NCBI GenBank assembly: GCA_002269645.1 | Contig: NIVC01000350.1 | Coordinates: 558,001-622,000 of the forward strand | Source of the DNA: Macrostomum lignano | Lineage: Eukaryota | Direction: 5' to 3' | DNA: 64,000 nucleotides | Shown: positions 39,732 to 52,729 of the stretch, piece after piece | Layout of the letters: every line of letters starts with the position of its first letter | Numbering within the stretch: the stretch's first letter is position 1 | Translations under genes and position numbers: made by a program | The notes under the pieces: generated by a model | What the model saw: the letters and a program-made list of their open reading frames with translations, nothing else | Databases searched by the model: none | What the model was told of the DNA's origin: nothing

Positions 39732-40991
39732 GTTTTGTTGATTTGTTGGAATTGGGAAGAGTTTGCTGACTGCTCGGAAATATTTTTATCCTTGGCGCCG
39801 AACTGTCTGCCTGGTGGCTCCTGTTTGACTTTTTCTTCCCCCTCAGGATCCGTCTAAGCTTCTGCTCTCTTAGCCTTTCTATTTTTCTTGCCCCAGAAAA
39901 AATGATTCTTCTGGCGTGGGGTGGGCGGCCGGGGTTGGGGAGGGGGAGGGGTGAAGGGGAAATAGGGGAGAAACGCCAGCAAGGGGAAGGAGTGTTTTTA
40001 GGGGTGGCAAGGGGAAGAATAATATTCAGGGGACTGATTGGATTGGTTTTGCCCATGGGTTGGGGATCTTAGCCGAGAACTGATCCCCTCCGTGTCGGCA
40101 GCGCCCAATTGGGGGCACCGCGGCTGATGGCGGAGGAGGCTGGGCGCGCGGCCGGGCCTCCCATCGGGAGAGTTTAGTAAACATTTTCTTGCCCCGCGAA
40201 GAGGCGGCAGAATCAACGGGAGCGGTGACACGGGGGGGGGGCTGGCGGATGACGGAACAGGGGAGGCTGGAGATGGACATTGGTAGTCAGTCAGGTTCTG
40301 AAAAATCCTTCCTATTCATTGCTGTAAAAAGTTTTAATCCAATAGGTTAATCAATCCACTCGAATGTCGTCTTCAAGGGTTTAGGGTAGAGTTGAGAGCC
40401 GTATCAGCAACGCAGTGGTCCTAGCAGTCAGCAGAAGTGGCTCCGCACGGTTACAATGAGTGTTTTAGCTATCATAAGTTTATTATTGCGAACTAGTTTG
40501 CTAATAATGACAGGAAAAACAGGCGTCGGGGGGGTCGACCCTCGGGCTCGCGCGGTTGACTATGGCTTCAAGTAGGTGCACACCGCGGAGGCCGGAGCTC
40601 CTTCAACCGTCGAGGGCTGGAAGAACTCAAACTGTTTCTAAAGATCTCACCCGAAGTTGTTAGGGGCAGCTCATAGAGAAGCAGTGAGCAAGGTAGAGGC
40701 TTCTTATCTGGAGTGTTTGCCAAACTTCGCTTTCAAAGAGCTTCAGTGATATTTGCACGCAGCTCTCTTTAAATATCCTTTTTTATTTATAACTCTCCTA
40801 CTCAAGCGAGAAGTCTGCCCGGAGGAGTGAGTATTATATTCAGCCGCGAGGAGCGCGAGCGAGTGCGGACACGGCCACTTTGGTCCATTATTTCTTCTTC
40901 CGTTAGCTGTTAGTTAAAAGGTGAAAAACTGGGCAAATTCTGCTGCAAAATTTTTACTAATTTTTATATAAAGCTTTTATGGGACTTTAAT

Positions 40992-42690
40992 GAGATCATA
41001 ACTCAGTCATGAGATCATAACTCAGTCATGAGATCATAACTCAGTCATGAGATCATAACTCAGTCATGAGATCATAACTCAGTCATGAGATCATAACTCA
41101 GTCATGAGATCATAACTCAGTCATGAGATCATAACTCAGTCATGAGATCATAACTCAGTCATGAGATCATAACTCAGTCATGAGATCATAACTCAGTCAT
41201 GAGATCATAACTCAGTCATGAGATCATAACTCAGTCATGAGATCATAACTCAGTCATGAGATCATAACTCAGTCATGAGATCATAACTCAGTCATGAGAT
41301 CATAACTCAGTCATGAGATCATAACTCAGTCATGAGATCATAACTCAGTCATGAGATCATAACTCAGTCATGAGATCATAACTCAGTCATGAGATCATAA
41401 CTCAGTCATGAGATCATTCTGTCATGAGATCATTCTGTCATGAGATCATTCTGTCATGAGATCATTCTGTCATGAGATCATTCTGTCATGAGATCATTCT
41501 GTCATGAGATCATTCTGTCATGAGATCATTCTGTCTTGACCGATCATTCTGTCATGAGATCATTCTGTCTTGACCGATCATTCTGTCATGAGATCATTCT
41601 GTCATGAGATCATTCTGTCATGAGATCATTCTGTCATGAGATCATTCTGTCTTGACCGATCATTCTGTCATGAAATCATTCTGTCTTGACCGATCATTCT
41701 GTCATGAAATCATTCTGTCATGAAATCATTCTGTCATGAGATCATTCTGTCATGAAATCATTCTGTCATGAAATCATTCTGTCATGAGATCATTCTGTCA
41801 TGAAATCATTCTGTCATGAGATCATTCTGTCATGAAATCATTCTGTCATGAAATCATTCTGTCATGAAATCATTCTGTCATGAAATCATTCTGTCATGAG
41901 ATCATTCTGTCATGAAATCATTCTGTCATGAGATCATTCTGTCATGAAATCATTCTGTCATGAGATCATTCTGTCATGAAATCATTCTGTCATGAGATCA
42001 TTCTGTCATGAAATCATTCTGTCATGAGATCATTCTGTCATGAAATCATTCTGTCATGAAATCATTCTGTCATGAGATCATTCTGTCATGAAATCATTCT
42101 GTCATGAGATCATTCTGTCATGAAATCATTCTGTCATGAGATCATTCTGTCATGAAATCATTCTGTCATGAGATAATAATTCTGTCATGACCGATCATTC
42201 TGTCATGAGATTATTCTGTCATGAGATTATTCTGTCATGAGATTATTCTGTCATGAGATTATTCTGTCATGAGATTATTCTGTCATGAGATTATTCTGTC
42301 ATGAGATTATTCTGTCATGAGATCATTCTGTCATGAGATCATTCTGTCATGACCGATCATTCTGTCATGAGATAATTCTGTCATGAAATCATTCTGTCAT
42401 GAGATTATTCTGTCATGAGATCATTCTGTCATGACCGATCATTCTGTCATGAGATTATTCTGTCATGAGATTATTCTGTCATGAGATTATCCTGTCATGA
42501 GATTATTCTGTCATGAGATCATTCTGTCATGACCGATCATTCTGTCATGAGATCATTCTGTCATGAAATCATTCTGTCATGAGATAATAATTCTGTCATG
42601 ACCGATCATTCTGTCATGAGATCATTCTGTCATGAGATCATTCTGTCATGAGATCATTCTGTCATGAGATCATTCTGTCATGAGACAATT
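40992..42690. repeat. Compound minisatellite: a 19 bp unit (TCATGAGATCATAACTCAG) switches at ~41410 to a 16 bp unit (TCATGAGATCATTCTG)
   Basis: Directly visible. Confidence 0.95.
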
Positions 42691-44219
42691 CTGAGACCAG
42701 ACTCAACCAGCTGTTCTCAATCCAGACCGAGCCAGTTCCAGATGAAGCGGTTTCGCTAGGCGCAGCACCAGTCTCCATGACGCAAAGAGCAATGCTACTC
42801 AACCCACATAATTAAAAGGCCAGTTGTATTTAAGGTCACTCGCACGGTAAGAGGATTAACCTACGCATATTTGCCAACTTATGGAAAAGCGAAATTGTCT
42901 AATGAAGTATGAAAATTCTTTTGTCCACCTTGAAGCGAAGTTTTGGCGAGCATATAACTGCGGGCATGGAGGGGTTTGAAAAAAATGGATGCATGGAACT
43001 CAATTATTCCACAAGCACAAAGCGAATTCCATCCGAGCTAGATGGAGACGGAGCTCGCTGAGCTAATCTGCTTGACCCGAGCACAGGTAGATTGGAGGAC
43101 TCGAGCAGAAGCTGTCGTTCGACTGTCGCGCTCACCCAGGCGTGACTGATGCCCCCAATCACTATACTTATATACGCATGTCAAAGGCTGTCAAGGTGCA
43201 TGTCCAGCCTCCTATTTATTCTCCATCAGTTCCCTCTCTCCTCGTCCCAATCCTTCATTGTAGCCCCCAGCTCCCGCATCATTGTGCGTGTCCGGTGATA
43301 TGTAGGGGAAAACAAGTTGAAGCAAATCAGATTTGATGGGAGTCCTACGAGGGACATTATACTCTACACAGCCGTCATCTTTTAGCGCTCTTGAAAATAG
43401 TTTTCAAATCTTCAAAACTGCAGACAATAGCGCAGCCCGTCAGCTATGGAGCTCCCCGCTGGGACAAGTTGGTTGCAATGTATATAGACATAGTATCCCA
43501 TCATCATCACCATCCTCATCATTACCCAGCATCCTCACAGCCTCATTACGTGAGCAGTCTCAGTATTTATTGGCATTAGGGTGGGAAAATGAAATAGGCT
43601 TGTATATAAAGAAGATGGCGGCAGCGGCGGCTTCAGTTGCTAACCGCTATAGCACAGGTGAAGAGGCCACTTAGCCACTGCTGTTGAGAAAAGAAGGTCT
43701 CAACACACGGCGCAAAGAAGGTAAAGCAGACAACCAATTTCCCCCCAAGCTGAAGAGGATAAAGAGATGAGAGAGAGAAACGAGCGCGCAAAAAGGAAGT
43801 GGCTTTAATTTTTTTCAACACAGCTAACGGAACCAGCCCGAGCAACTCCCAGCTCTCCCACGGTTAGGGAATTCGAGAAGAAGCCATTGATAATTTCCCA
43901 CCTCGATCGCTCACTCAGTCAGTGAGGCTTAGTATGTTAGCTATCAATGGACTAAACACCTCAATTAGCTATACTCACTTTCACACCGAGTCATCAACTC
44001 CAGGTGTGTTTGCTCACGCTTGGGCGCAGTCAGCGTAGCGCGTGTCAGCGTCTGATGAAGATTTAAATTGACAGTGGGAGGGTGCGGCGTGGTGAAGTTC
44101 CATGCCTCAAATCAGAGTGGACCATTGAGTCTGCAAACTTAAAGCAAACCCTTGATATCGGCACCTCACATGACGCACTTGGGAGTTCTTGACCCACTTC
44201 TGTCTCTAGAACTCACGAA

Positions 44220-44485
44220 CCCTCCAGAACCCTCCAGACTCTTTAGAACCCTCCCTCCCTCCCTCCAGACTCATTAGAACCCTCCCTCCCTCCCTCCAGA
44301 CTCATTAGAACCCTCCCTCCCTCCCTCCAGACTCATTAGAACCTTCCCTCCCTCCCTCCAGACTCATTAGAACCTTCCCTCCCTCCCTCCAGACTCATTA
44401 GAACCCTCCCTCCCTCCCTCCAGACTCATTAGAACCTTCCCTCCCTCCCTCCAGACTCATTAGAACCTTCCTCCAGACTCATTAG
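44220..44485. repeat. 31 bp minisatellite (CTCCAGACTCATTAGAACCCTCCCTCCCTCC)
   Basis: Directly visible. Confidence 0.9.
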
Positions 44486-45964
44486 GACCCTTGCGCAGCC
44501 ATAACGACCCATGGATCAGTCTTCAAAGTATGCCTAAACATTATATATCAGCACTATATGAAAACCAGCATGCATAATTAGTTGTAGAAAAAAGTTAAGC
44601 GAAATGTTCCTTGGACTAACAGTGTTGGGATTCTGGGCATCTGGTCTGCATGCAATAAGCGGGCAGGGGGTACAGCATGGCTGTAAATTGTGTAGTAAAA
44701 AGCATTGACAAACTGTTTATTCAGCACAAGGCTCGCCCCAACACACGGTTATTTTGCTAGGACAAGGTCGAACCTCTTGGTGGGGGGAGGGAATGCAAAA
44801 GTCTCTGTGCAAATATAGTGTAAATATATACATTTATCACACCCTCAGCACACCCATTAAAACGCGTACAACCCCTTCAGGTCTCCCTAATTAAGGTGAC
44901 AGAAATCAGCATCGAGGGCCAATTGGGTAGAGGGAGAGAAACGAACATCTTATTTGTATAGAAGGGCGGACTGCTGCAGGCAAAGTGTGCTACAGATAGA
45001 TAGGGATACGAGCTTGTTATAGTCGCACTCTATAATACTGCTGCTGCTGCAGAAGCTGTGTGTGTTTACACAGAGACGAACAACAAGAGGCAACAAGAGG
45101 TGATAGTTAGGATGGCGGGGAGGCGGAGGGCAGAAGAGGCCTCTCTCATTTGCCGCAGAAAAAAAGGATAAGAAGACGCAGCCAAAGCAGGGAAGTAAAG
45201 GCAGGACCGCCAGGAGCCGTCACTTTGGCTGCAATTTCATTAAAAGCAGAATTTGCAAAGGGGAGGACAGACACCATCCTCATTAGCGGCGAGTGAAAAT
45301 CACCACCGCCAAGAATTTTTGGCTACAAAGTGGTTTTCAGCGGTGCCAGAAAAAGAGAGGCAATGGGATCGGTAAACAGTTGGGAGAATTGGGACGCGAC
45401 ACGGCCCCCCCCCCGCTCTCAACAATAACAAACAGTAGCGCCAGAAACCTCTTTTCCTCTCTACGCTAAACCGTCTTTTAGAAGATGGGGCAAGAAGAAG
45501 CTACCAGAGGCGAAAAAATGTGTCAAAACATTTTCTGTCTGAGTTCTGGGCCCCAACAGATTGCCCGCTAATGACCATCCGAGCTTAAACTTTGCTTTTC
45601 TTGACTAGCCGATGCCGGGCACGAGACCCACACTCGGGACATTGTGCCCCGGCGAGGCTGGAGGCTCAGAGAGATGAAGCAGGGATGCGGCTGCAGCAGG
45701 GGCTGAAATCTGTACAAATCTTTAATCTTTATGCGCGTGTATCGAAAGTGAACAAGTGAACCACATTCCAGACCGTTGTGGGAATGTATAAAATCCTAAT
45801 TTCATTACGTTTCATTGGGAGACAAAAAGCTGAGGAATCTATGTGGCTCTAATTTATAAATTTGCTTGTAAATACTTTTTTGCACCGGCTGTGGTAGCTA
45901 ATTACTGATGAAGTGTCTGATGAGGCCCTTCCAGTTTCATCATCGGAACCTCTGATGCTGCATT

Positions 45965-46448
45965 CGTGATGATGGGATTCTGGGGGAATTAATTAGCTGG
46001 GATTTATGATTATGGGATTCTGGGGGAATTAATTCTCAGTTAGCTGGGATTTATGATGATGGGATTCTGGGGGAATTAATTCTCAGTTAGCTGGGGTTTA
46101 TGATGATGGGATTCTGGGGGAATTAATTCTCAGTTAGCTGGGATTCGTGATGATGGGATTCTGGGGGAATTAATTCTCAGTTAGCTGGGGTTTATGATGA
46201 TGGGATTCTGGGGAATTAATTCTCAGTTAGCTGGGATTCGTGATGATGGGATTCTGGGGAAATTAATTCTCAGTTAGCTGGGATTTATGAAGATGGGATT
46301 CTGGGGGAATTAATTCTCAGTTAGCTGGGATTTATGATGATTGGATTCTGGGGGAATTAATTCTCAGTTAGCTGGGATTTATGATGATTGGATTCTGGGG
46401 GAATTAATTCTCAGTTAGCTGGGATTTCTGATGATGGGATTCTGGGGA
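45965..46448. repeat. 47 bp minisatellite (GATGATGGGATTCTGGGGGAATTAATTCTCAGTTAGCTGGGATTTAT)
   Basis: Directly visible, ~10 copies. Confidence 0.92.
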
Positions 46449-48395
46449 ATTTCCAGGTGCTGAACTTCCGACACAAGAGAACATGCAGTTACACCTTTAC
46501 AAAAAGTCAAGACCGTCACAAAGAAGCCGCTGGGCAAGATATTTCACACCGAAGTTGCATCGATTTGATATTTTTGACTTCGTTGCCTCCGAAAAAAGCA
46601 GCATTGCACGCGCGCCAAGCCAAAAAAGCAAATGATTCGTGTGATACGCGATGCATCCATCATCAGCTGTCATCTGCCTGGCACCAACCAACCACCCCAA
46701 TTGCCACTCTTTACCCTCGGGGCAATTTTTTTAAAGTGACTAATGTAGAAGCCAAGAAAGGAAAGGACAGTCAGTCAGGAGCAGTGCGGATTGTCTCAAG
46801 CTATCCATGCTCCGCCTCCTGCCAGGTAGGTTGGGGGGGGAGGAAAGGATGACGGGGGCCACTTCAAACTGTGGAAAATTTTGGCAATAAAATATGCTCC
46901 TGGCCTCCCTCCTCAAGCTATTCTGTGCCAGCCAGTCTCTCACAAAAGCAGAGAAGGCAGGCGGGCGCGCGCACAGTGAGGGAGAAAGGAAGCGGAGGCA
47001 TCCGGGATGCCCGCTAGACAGCTGGGCGCCGCCAGGCCCTCATAGAATCCCCACTCCACTAAAGTTTCTCTCCCCCCCCCCTCAACAACTTCGGGTTGCC
47101 AGCTACAGGCTTTGATGATGCGAGGAATCTTCAATTGTCCCTTTCCCGTCTCTCTCTCCTTTCTCCTCAGCCCCCCATAAAGCTTCTGTTTGTCAAAAGC
47201 AGCAAAATACTGGGAGGTGTTGGCGGATTCACAAAAACACACACAGGACACAAAGCAAAGAAGAAAAAAATTTGTTCCCACAAATGGCGCTGAAGTAGGA
47301 GGAAGGCAGTTTCGCCTGTCAGGGCCGCAGCTGCTGCAGTCACTTACCAGCCAAGCCCTTTTGTCCTATTATAACGCTATAAGCTTATAGGGGATGCCTT
47401 GAAGGCGGGAGAGGAGGCGGGTTGGGGCTGGGCAAAGATCCTCCTGACTCCTCCAGCCCGCCTTTCCCTTTCCAGCCAGCCAGCCACGGCGCTCTCCGCT
47501 TGAAGGCCTTTGAATTGGCGGAGCATCGAAATTCTTTTTCCTTCAACAATCATGCACCCTTTCTGTCTGAGCAGCATTCAGCAGCTTCTCTTGGGAACAC
47601 AGTTTTTACACACCTGTCTTAGCTATTGCCAATTTTGTGGGAAACTGGCAAGCAGGCAGTCAGCTTTGACAGAAGCGTGATTGACAGGCAGCCAAGTGAG
47701 AGGAAGGAAGCGACGGTACCTGTTTGAGCATGTTGCAGAGTTTTGGATCGATTCTCTTCTTTGTTAGCATCTTTTTGAACTGGCAGACTGGAACTGCCTG
47801 AGAGAGAGAGTCAGAAAGATAAAGGAAATGCGACCCCGGCATAACTAAATTTTGACACCCGGGTTTAATGCCTTGTACCAAAAATGACTTTTATTGCTCG
47901 TTACTCAGCTCGTACTCGTTGTTTGTAGGCGAGTGGTCGTTGTGTGCGTGCCGGACGACATCGAGGCTGCGATTTAGGGCCGACGCGCTGACGGACAGGC
48001 GGCGAAAACTCCGCGATTTCTTCGGCAATTCGTCTACCTCAGCGGTCTAGTTCCACAGCAGCCAGGACGGACAGAGGGTGTGGCGCTGTTCTTGCTCAAA
48101 CAGCATGTCGGTACACGATGGCCTACGGCTGCACGGCGCCACCTTCAAGATTGGCGACGGCCGACGAGCGAGTTTCCAACGCGGCACTGTATCGACCGTC
48201 ATATCAAACTCGTACCAATTCGGTCGGGCATCACGGCTTTCGTTCCCCGCGAGTTTTGGAAGTCGATCAATCCGATGGAGACTATCCTCATAAACACGAT
48301 CCTCTAAATGCTCACGTGCCGGAAGTAATGTACATGTACGTACAGGGAAAGGAGAATTATGGAAATGTCTATGGCACATGTACACGAGCACATGA

Positions 48396-48700
48396 GGGGG
48401 CTGTAGCCCAGTGGTTCGAGCGTCGGACTCAACTGAAAGGTCGGGGGTTCGATTCCCGATAACACTAGAACAATTTGTATCCTTGAGCAAGGCAACTCTG
48501 CATTGCTTCAGTTCACCCAGCTGTAAAATGGCTGCCAGCATTAGCTGGGGTAATTGAGGGTGTGTGTGGCGACCCCCTTGGACTGAACAGCCGTACGCAG
48601 CCTTCAGATGCGCCGCGCAATAGCTGCGGCTGAGCTTTCGGTTGCACATCCGCCCGTTAGAGCAGGTGTAATCAATTATTAAATATTAATTATACGAGCC
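48396..48700 (+). mobile_element. tRNA-derived SINE with CORE/Meta-like central domain (copy 1)
   Basis: A-box-like TAGCCCAGTGG and B-box GGTTCGATTCC, then TCCTTGAGCAAG...CACCCAGCTGTAAAATGG and an AT-rich tail. A homologous copy lies at 56151-56444 on the minus strand. Confidence 0.85.
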
Positions 48701-49431
48701 CTATAACGTCGAACAAAACACAAACACTTGTTCCGTTTGTAAATGCCAATTCCCAGAAGCTGAAATATTGTGAATATATTTCCTTCTGCTGACTACACAT
48801 TTTTATATACAGCACTACTTTCAGTAGCAGCAAAGCCCGGCACCACTCAAAAATGAATCGAATTCAAACGAAAAAAATTCACACTCAAAGGAAGTGACTA
48901 CCACATTTTTAGCAAAAAAAGGAATTTGAATCAAATAGCGCAGTCAATTTTTTATTTTCCATAGGTTCACTTGTCTGTACTTTTAGAGCAGCATTTGTGG
49001 TGATTTTATAGTTCAACAAAACAGAGCCATCGTCATGCATGCAGCGAGAGACATGCGAGCACAAAGATTACATAACAGATAAGCAGTAATTAAATGTTAG
49101 AAAATTGAAATTGCTCAAAACTCAGTCGAGTACGGGATCGAATTTTTACTAACTAAAAAGAGCACACTGCACAAAAGCAAAGGCGGTGTAATGCATTTAA
49201 ATTCAGCCAATATAATTGTATCATTAAAAGTCATCAATTACATTTTCACCGTAATTTTTATTATCTAATCATTCTAAATACACCAACTATGATTAACGAG
49301 GTTGCAGAAAGCAAACCTTGATTTTTATGCATTCAGACAGACATTTTGAGAGAGCAGCGATATCAATATGTACATTTAGTAATATGTGAACACTTGAAAT
49401 GGGCAAGCACACGTCAATCGCAGTTCTATCT

Positions 49432-50240
49432 ACTAGTCAGTCTTATGTCTATCTACTAGTCAGTCTCATGTCTATATACTAGTCAGTCTCATGTCTATCT
49501 ACTAGTCAGTCTCATGTCTATCTACTAGTCAGTCTCATGTCTATATACTAGTCAGTCTCATGTCTATATACTAGTCAGTCTCATGTCTATCTACTAGTCA
49601 GTCTTATGTCTATCTACTAGTCAGTCTTATGTCTATCTACTAGTCAGTCTTATGTCTATCTACTAGTCAGTCTTATGTCTATCTACTAGTCAGTCTTATG
49701 TCTATATACTAGTCAGTCTTATGTCTATCTACTAGTCAGTCTCATGTCTATATACTAGTCAGTCTCATGTCTATATACTAGTCAGTCTCATGTCTATCTA
49801 CTAGTCAGTCTTATGTCTATCTACTAGTCAGTCTTATGTCTATCTACTAGTCAGTCTTATGTCTATCTACTAGTCAGTCTTATGTCTATATACTAGTCAG
49901 TCTTATGTCTATATACTAGTCAGTCTCATGTCTATATACTAGTCAGTCTCATGTCTATATACTAGTCAGTCTCATGTCTATATACTAGTCAGTCTCATGT
50001 CTATATACTAGTCAGTCTCATGTCTATATACTAGTCAGTCTCATGTCTATATACTAGTCAGTCTCATGTCTATATACTAGTCAGTCTCATGTCTATATAC
50101 TAGTCAGTCTCATGTCTATATACTAGTCAGTCTCATGTCTATATACTAGTCAGTCTCATGTCTATATACTAGTCAGTCTCATGTCTATATACTAGTCAGT
50201 CTCATGTCTATATACTAGTCAGTCTCATGTCTATTTACTA
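49432..50240. repeat. 23 bp minisatellite (TAGTCAGTCTCATGTCTATATAC)
   Basis: Directly visible. Confidence 0.95.
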
Positions 50241-50974
50241 CTGAATCTGATGTCTGTCTATTACTCATGCTTAAATACAAATTAATCTCTCAAATCTATT
50301 CTATTTTGCATACGTTATCTACTAATCAATGAGGGTATTAATTTGATTCTCTCAATCTTATTGAACGCAATAAATGAAAATAGTGACAATTTACTCATAT
50401 TAAAAAGAAGCATTTTTACGTAATTATGTGCATTTACAGTAAATAGACATTAAACCTCAATACATATTTTAATAAATATATGTACAAGCGCAGAGTTGCA
50501 AAAATAAAATAAATATCAGAGAGAGAGCTGCAGTTGAAATCAATAGCGTTATTTAATGATAACTACACAATTATTTTATACCGCTTCTCTAAATTCTATA
50601 ACAAGTGACGCAAACAATGGCTTCTTATATTCCATATACACAAGGTACAGCGAGTCTATCTCCATGCAGCCTAAGAGACACTGGAACAGGAGAGACCAGA
50701 CTACTTTAAACTCAAACTGAAGCCGGGAAGCCTTTAAGCTTTGTATCTCTTCAACCTGTAGGCAGATGGAGAATTGTTTATTTTTTGCTACTATTTTGGA
50801 ACACGATACTACTAACTGCAATAAGTAGAGCGCGGAACTGGACAGCAAAATAATAGACGAGAGAAAATAATTTAGGCTATACGGGAGAAACTGCATACAA
50901 TCAATGTTGATAGCTGATTATTCAAATTAACAGTATAAATACTGAGAGCCAACTTCCGCCGACCGCTAAACTTA

Positions 50975-52600
50975 ACAGTGTGAAATGTCACTCTCAACAG
51001 TGTGAAATGTCACTCTCAATAGTGTGAAATGTCACTCTCAACAGTGTGAAATGTCACTCTCAACAGTGTGAAATGTCACTCTCAACAGTGTGAAATGTCA
51101 CTCTCAACAGTGTGAAATGTCACTCTCAACAGTGTGAAATGTCACTCTCAACAGTGTGAAATGTCACTCTCAACAGTGTGAAATGTCAGTGTCAACCTCA
51201 ACAGTGTGAAATGTTACTCACTGGAGTGAAATGTCACTCTCAATAGTGTGAAATGTCACTCTCAACAGTGTGAAATGTCACTCTCAACAGTGTGAAATGT
51301 CAGTGTCAACCTCAACAGTGTGAAATGTCACTCTCAATAGTGTGAAATGTCACTCTCAACAGTGTGAAATGTCACTCTCAACAGTGTGAAATGTCAGTGT
51401 CAACCTCAACAGTGTGAAATGTCAGTGTCAACCTCAACAGTGTGAAATGTCACTCTCAACAGTGTGAAATGTCACTCTCAACAGTGTGAAATGTCACTCT
51501 CAACAGTGTGAAATGTCACTCTCAACAGTGTGAAATGTCAATCTCAACAGTGTGAAATGTCACTCTTAACAGTGTGAAATGTCACTCTCAACAGTGTGAA
51601 ATGTCAGTGTCAACCTCAACAGTGTGAAATGTCACTCTCAATAGTGTGAAATGTCACTCTCAACAGTGTGAAATGTCACTCTCAACAGTGTGAAATGTCA
51701 GTGTCAACCTCAACAGTGTGAAATGTCACTCTCAACAGTGTGAAATGTCACTCTCAACAGTGTGAAATGTCACTCTCAACAGTGTGAAATGTCACTCTCA
51801 ACAGTGTGAAATGTCAATCTCAACAGTGTGAAATGTCACTCTTAACAGTGTGAAATGTCACTCTCAACAGTGTGAAATGTCACTCTCAACAGTGTGAAAT
51901 GTCACTCTCAACAGTGTGAAATGTCACTCTCAACAGTGTGAAATGTCACTCTCAACAGTGTGAAATGTCACTCTCAACAGTGTGAAATGTCACTCTCAAC
52001 AGTGTGAAATGTCACTCTCAACAGTGTGAAATGTCAGTGTCAACCTCAACAGTGTGAAATGTTACTCACTGGAGTGAAATGTCACTCTCAATAGTGTGAA
52101 ATGTCACTCTCAACAGTGTGAAATGTCACTCTCAACAGTGTGAAATGTCACTCTCAACAGTGTGAAATGTCACTCTCAACAGTGTGAAATGTCAATCTCA
52201 ACAGTGTGAAATGTCACTCTCAACAGTGTGAAATGTCACTCTCAACAGTGTGAAATGTCACTCTCAACAGTGTGAAATGTCACTCTCAACAGTGTGAAAT
52301 GTCAATCTCAACAGTGTGAAATGTCAGTGTCAACCTCAACAGTGTGAAATGTTACTTACTAAAGTGAAATGTCACTCTCAACAGTGTGAAATTTCACTCT
52401 CAACAGTGTGAAATGTCACTCTCAATAGTGTGAAATGTCATTCTCAACAGTGTGAAATGTCACTCTCAAAAGTGTGAAATGTTACTCAATGGAGTGAAAT
52501 GTGGCTTTTAACAGTGTGAAATGTGACTCTTAAAAGTGTGAAATGTCACTCTTAACAGGGAAATCTGACTTTTAACAGGGAAATGTGGCTCTCAACGGTG
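50975..52600. repeat. 22 bp minisatellite (AACAGTGTGAAATGTCACTCTC)
   Basis: Directly visible. Ends ~130 bp from the SRF stop codon. Confidence 0.97.
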
Positions 52601-52698
52601 TGAAAGGTCACTTAACAGATTGAAGTGTGAATCCGCATAAGCGTCATTAAATGAGTGACGGGGTCAGCAATGACTGGCAGTAGTTTTACTGTTAATTC

Positions 52699-52727
<29 letters not shown>

Positions 52728-52729
<2 letters not shown>

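Noticed and set aside
48310-48649. N-terminal half of the 200 aa minus-strand ORF
   Set aside because: It is the antisense of the SINE and its flank.
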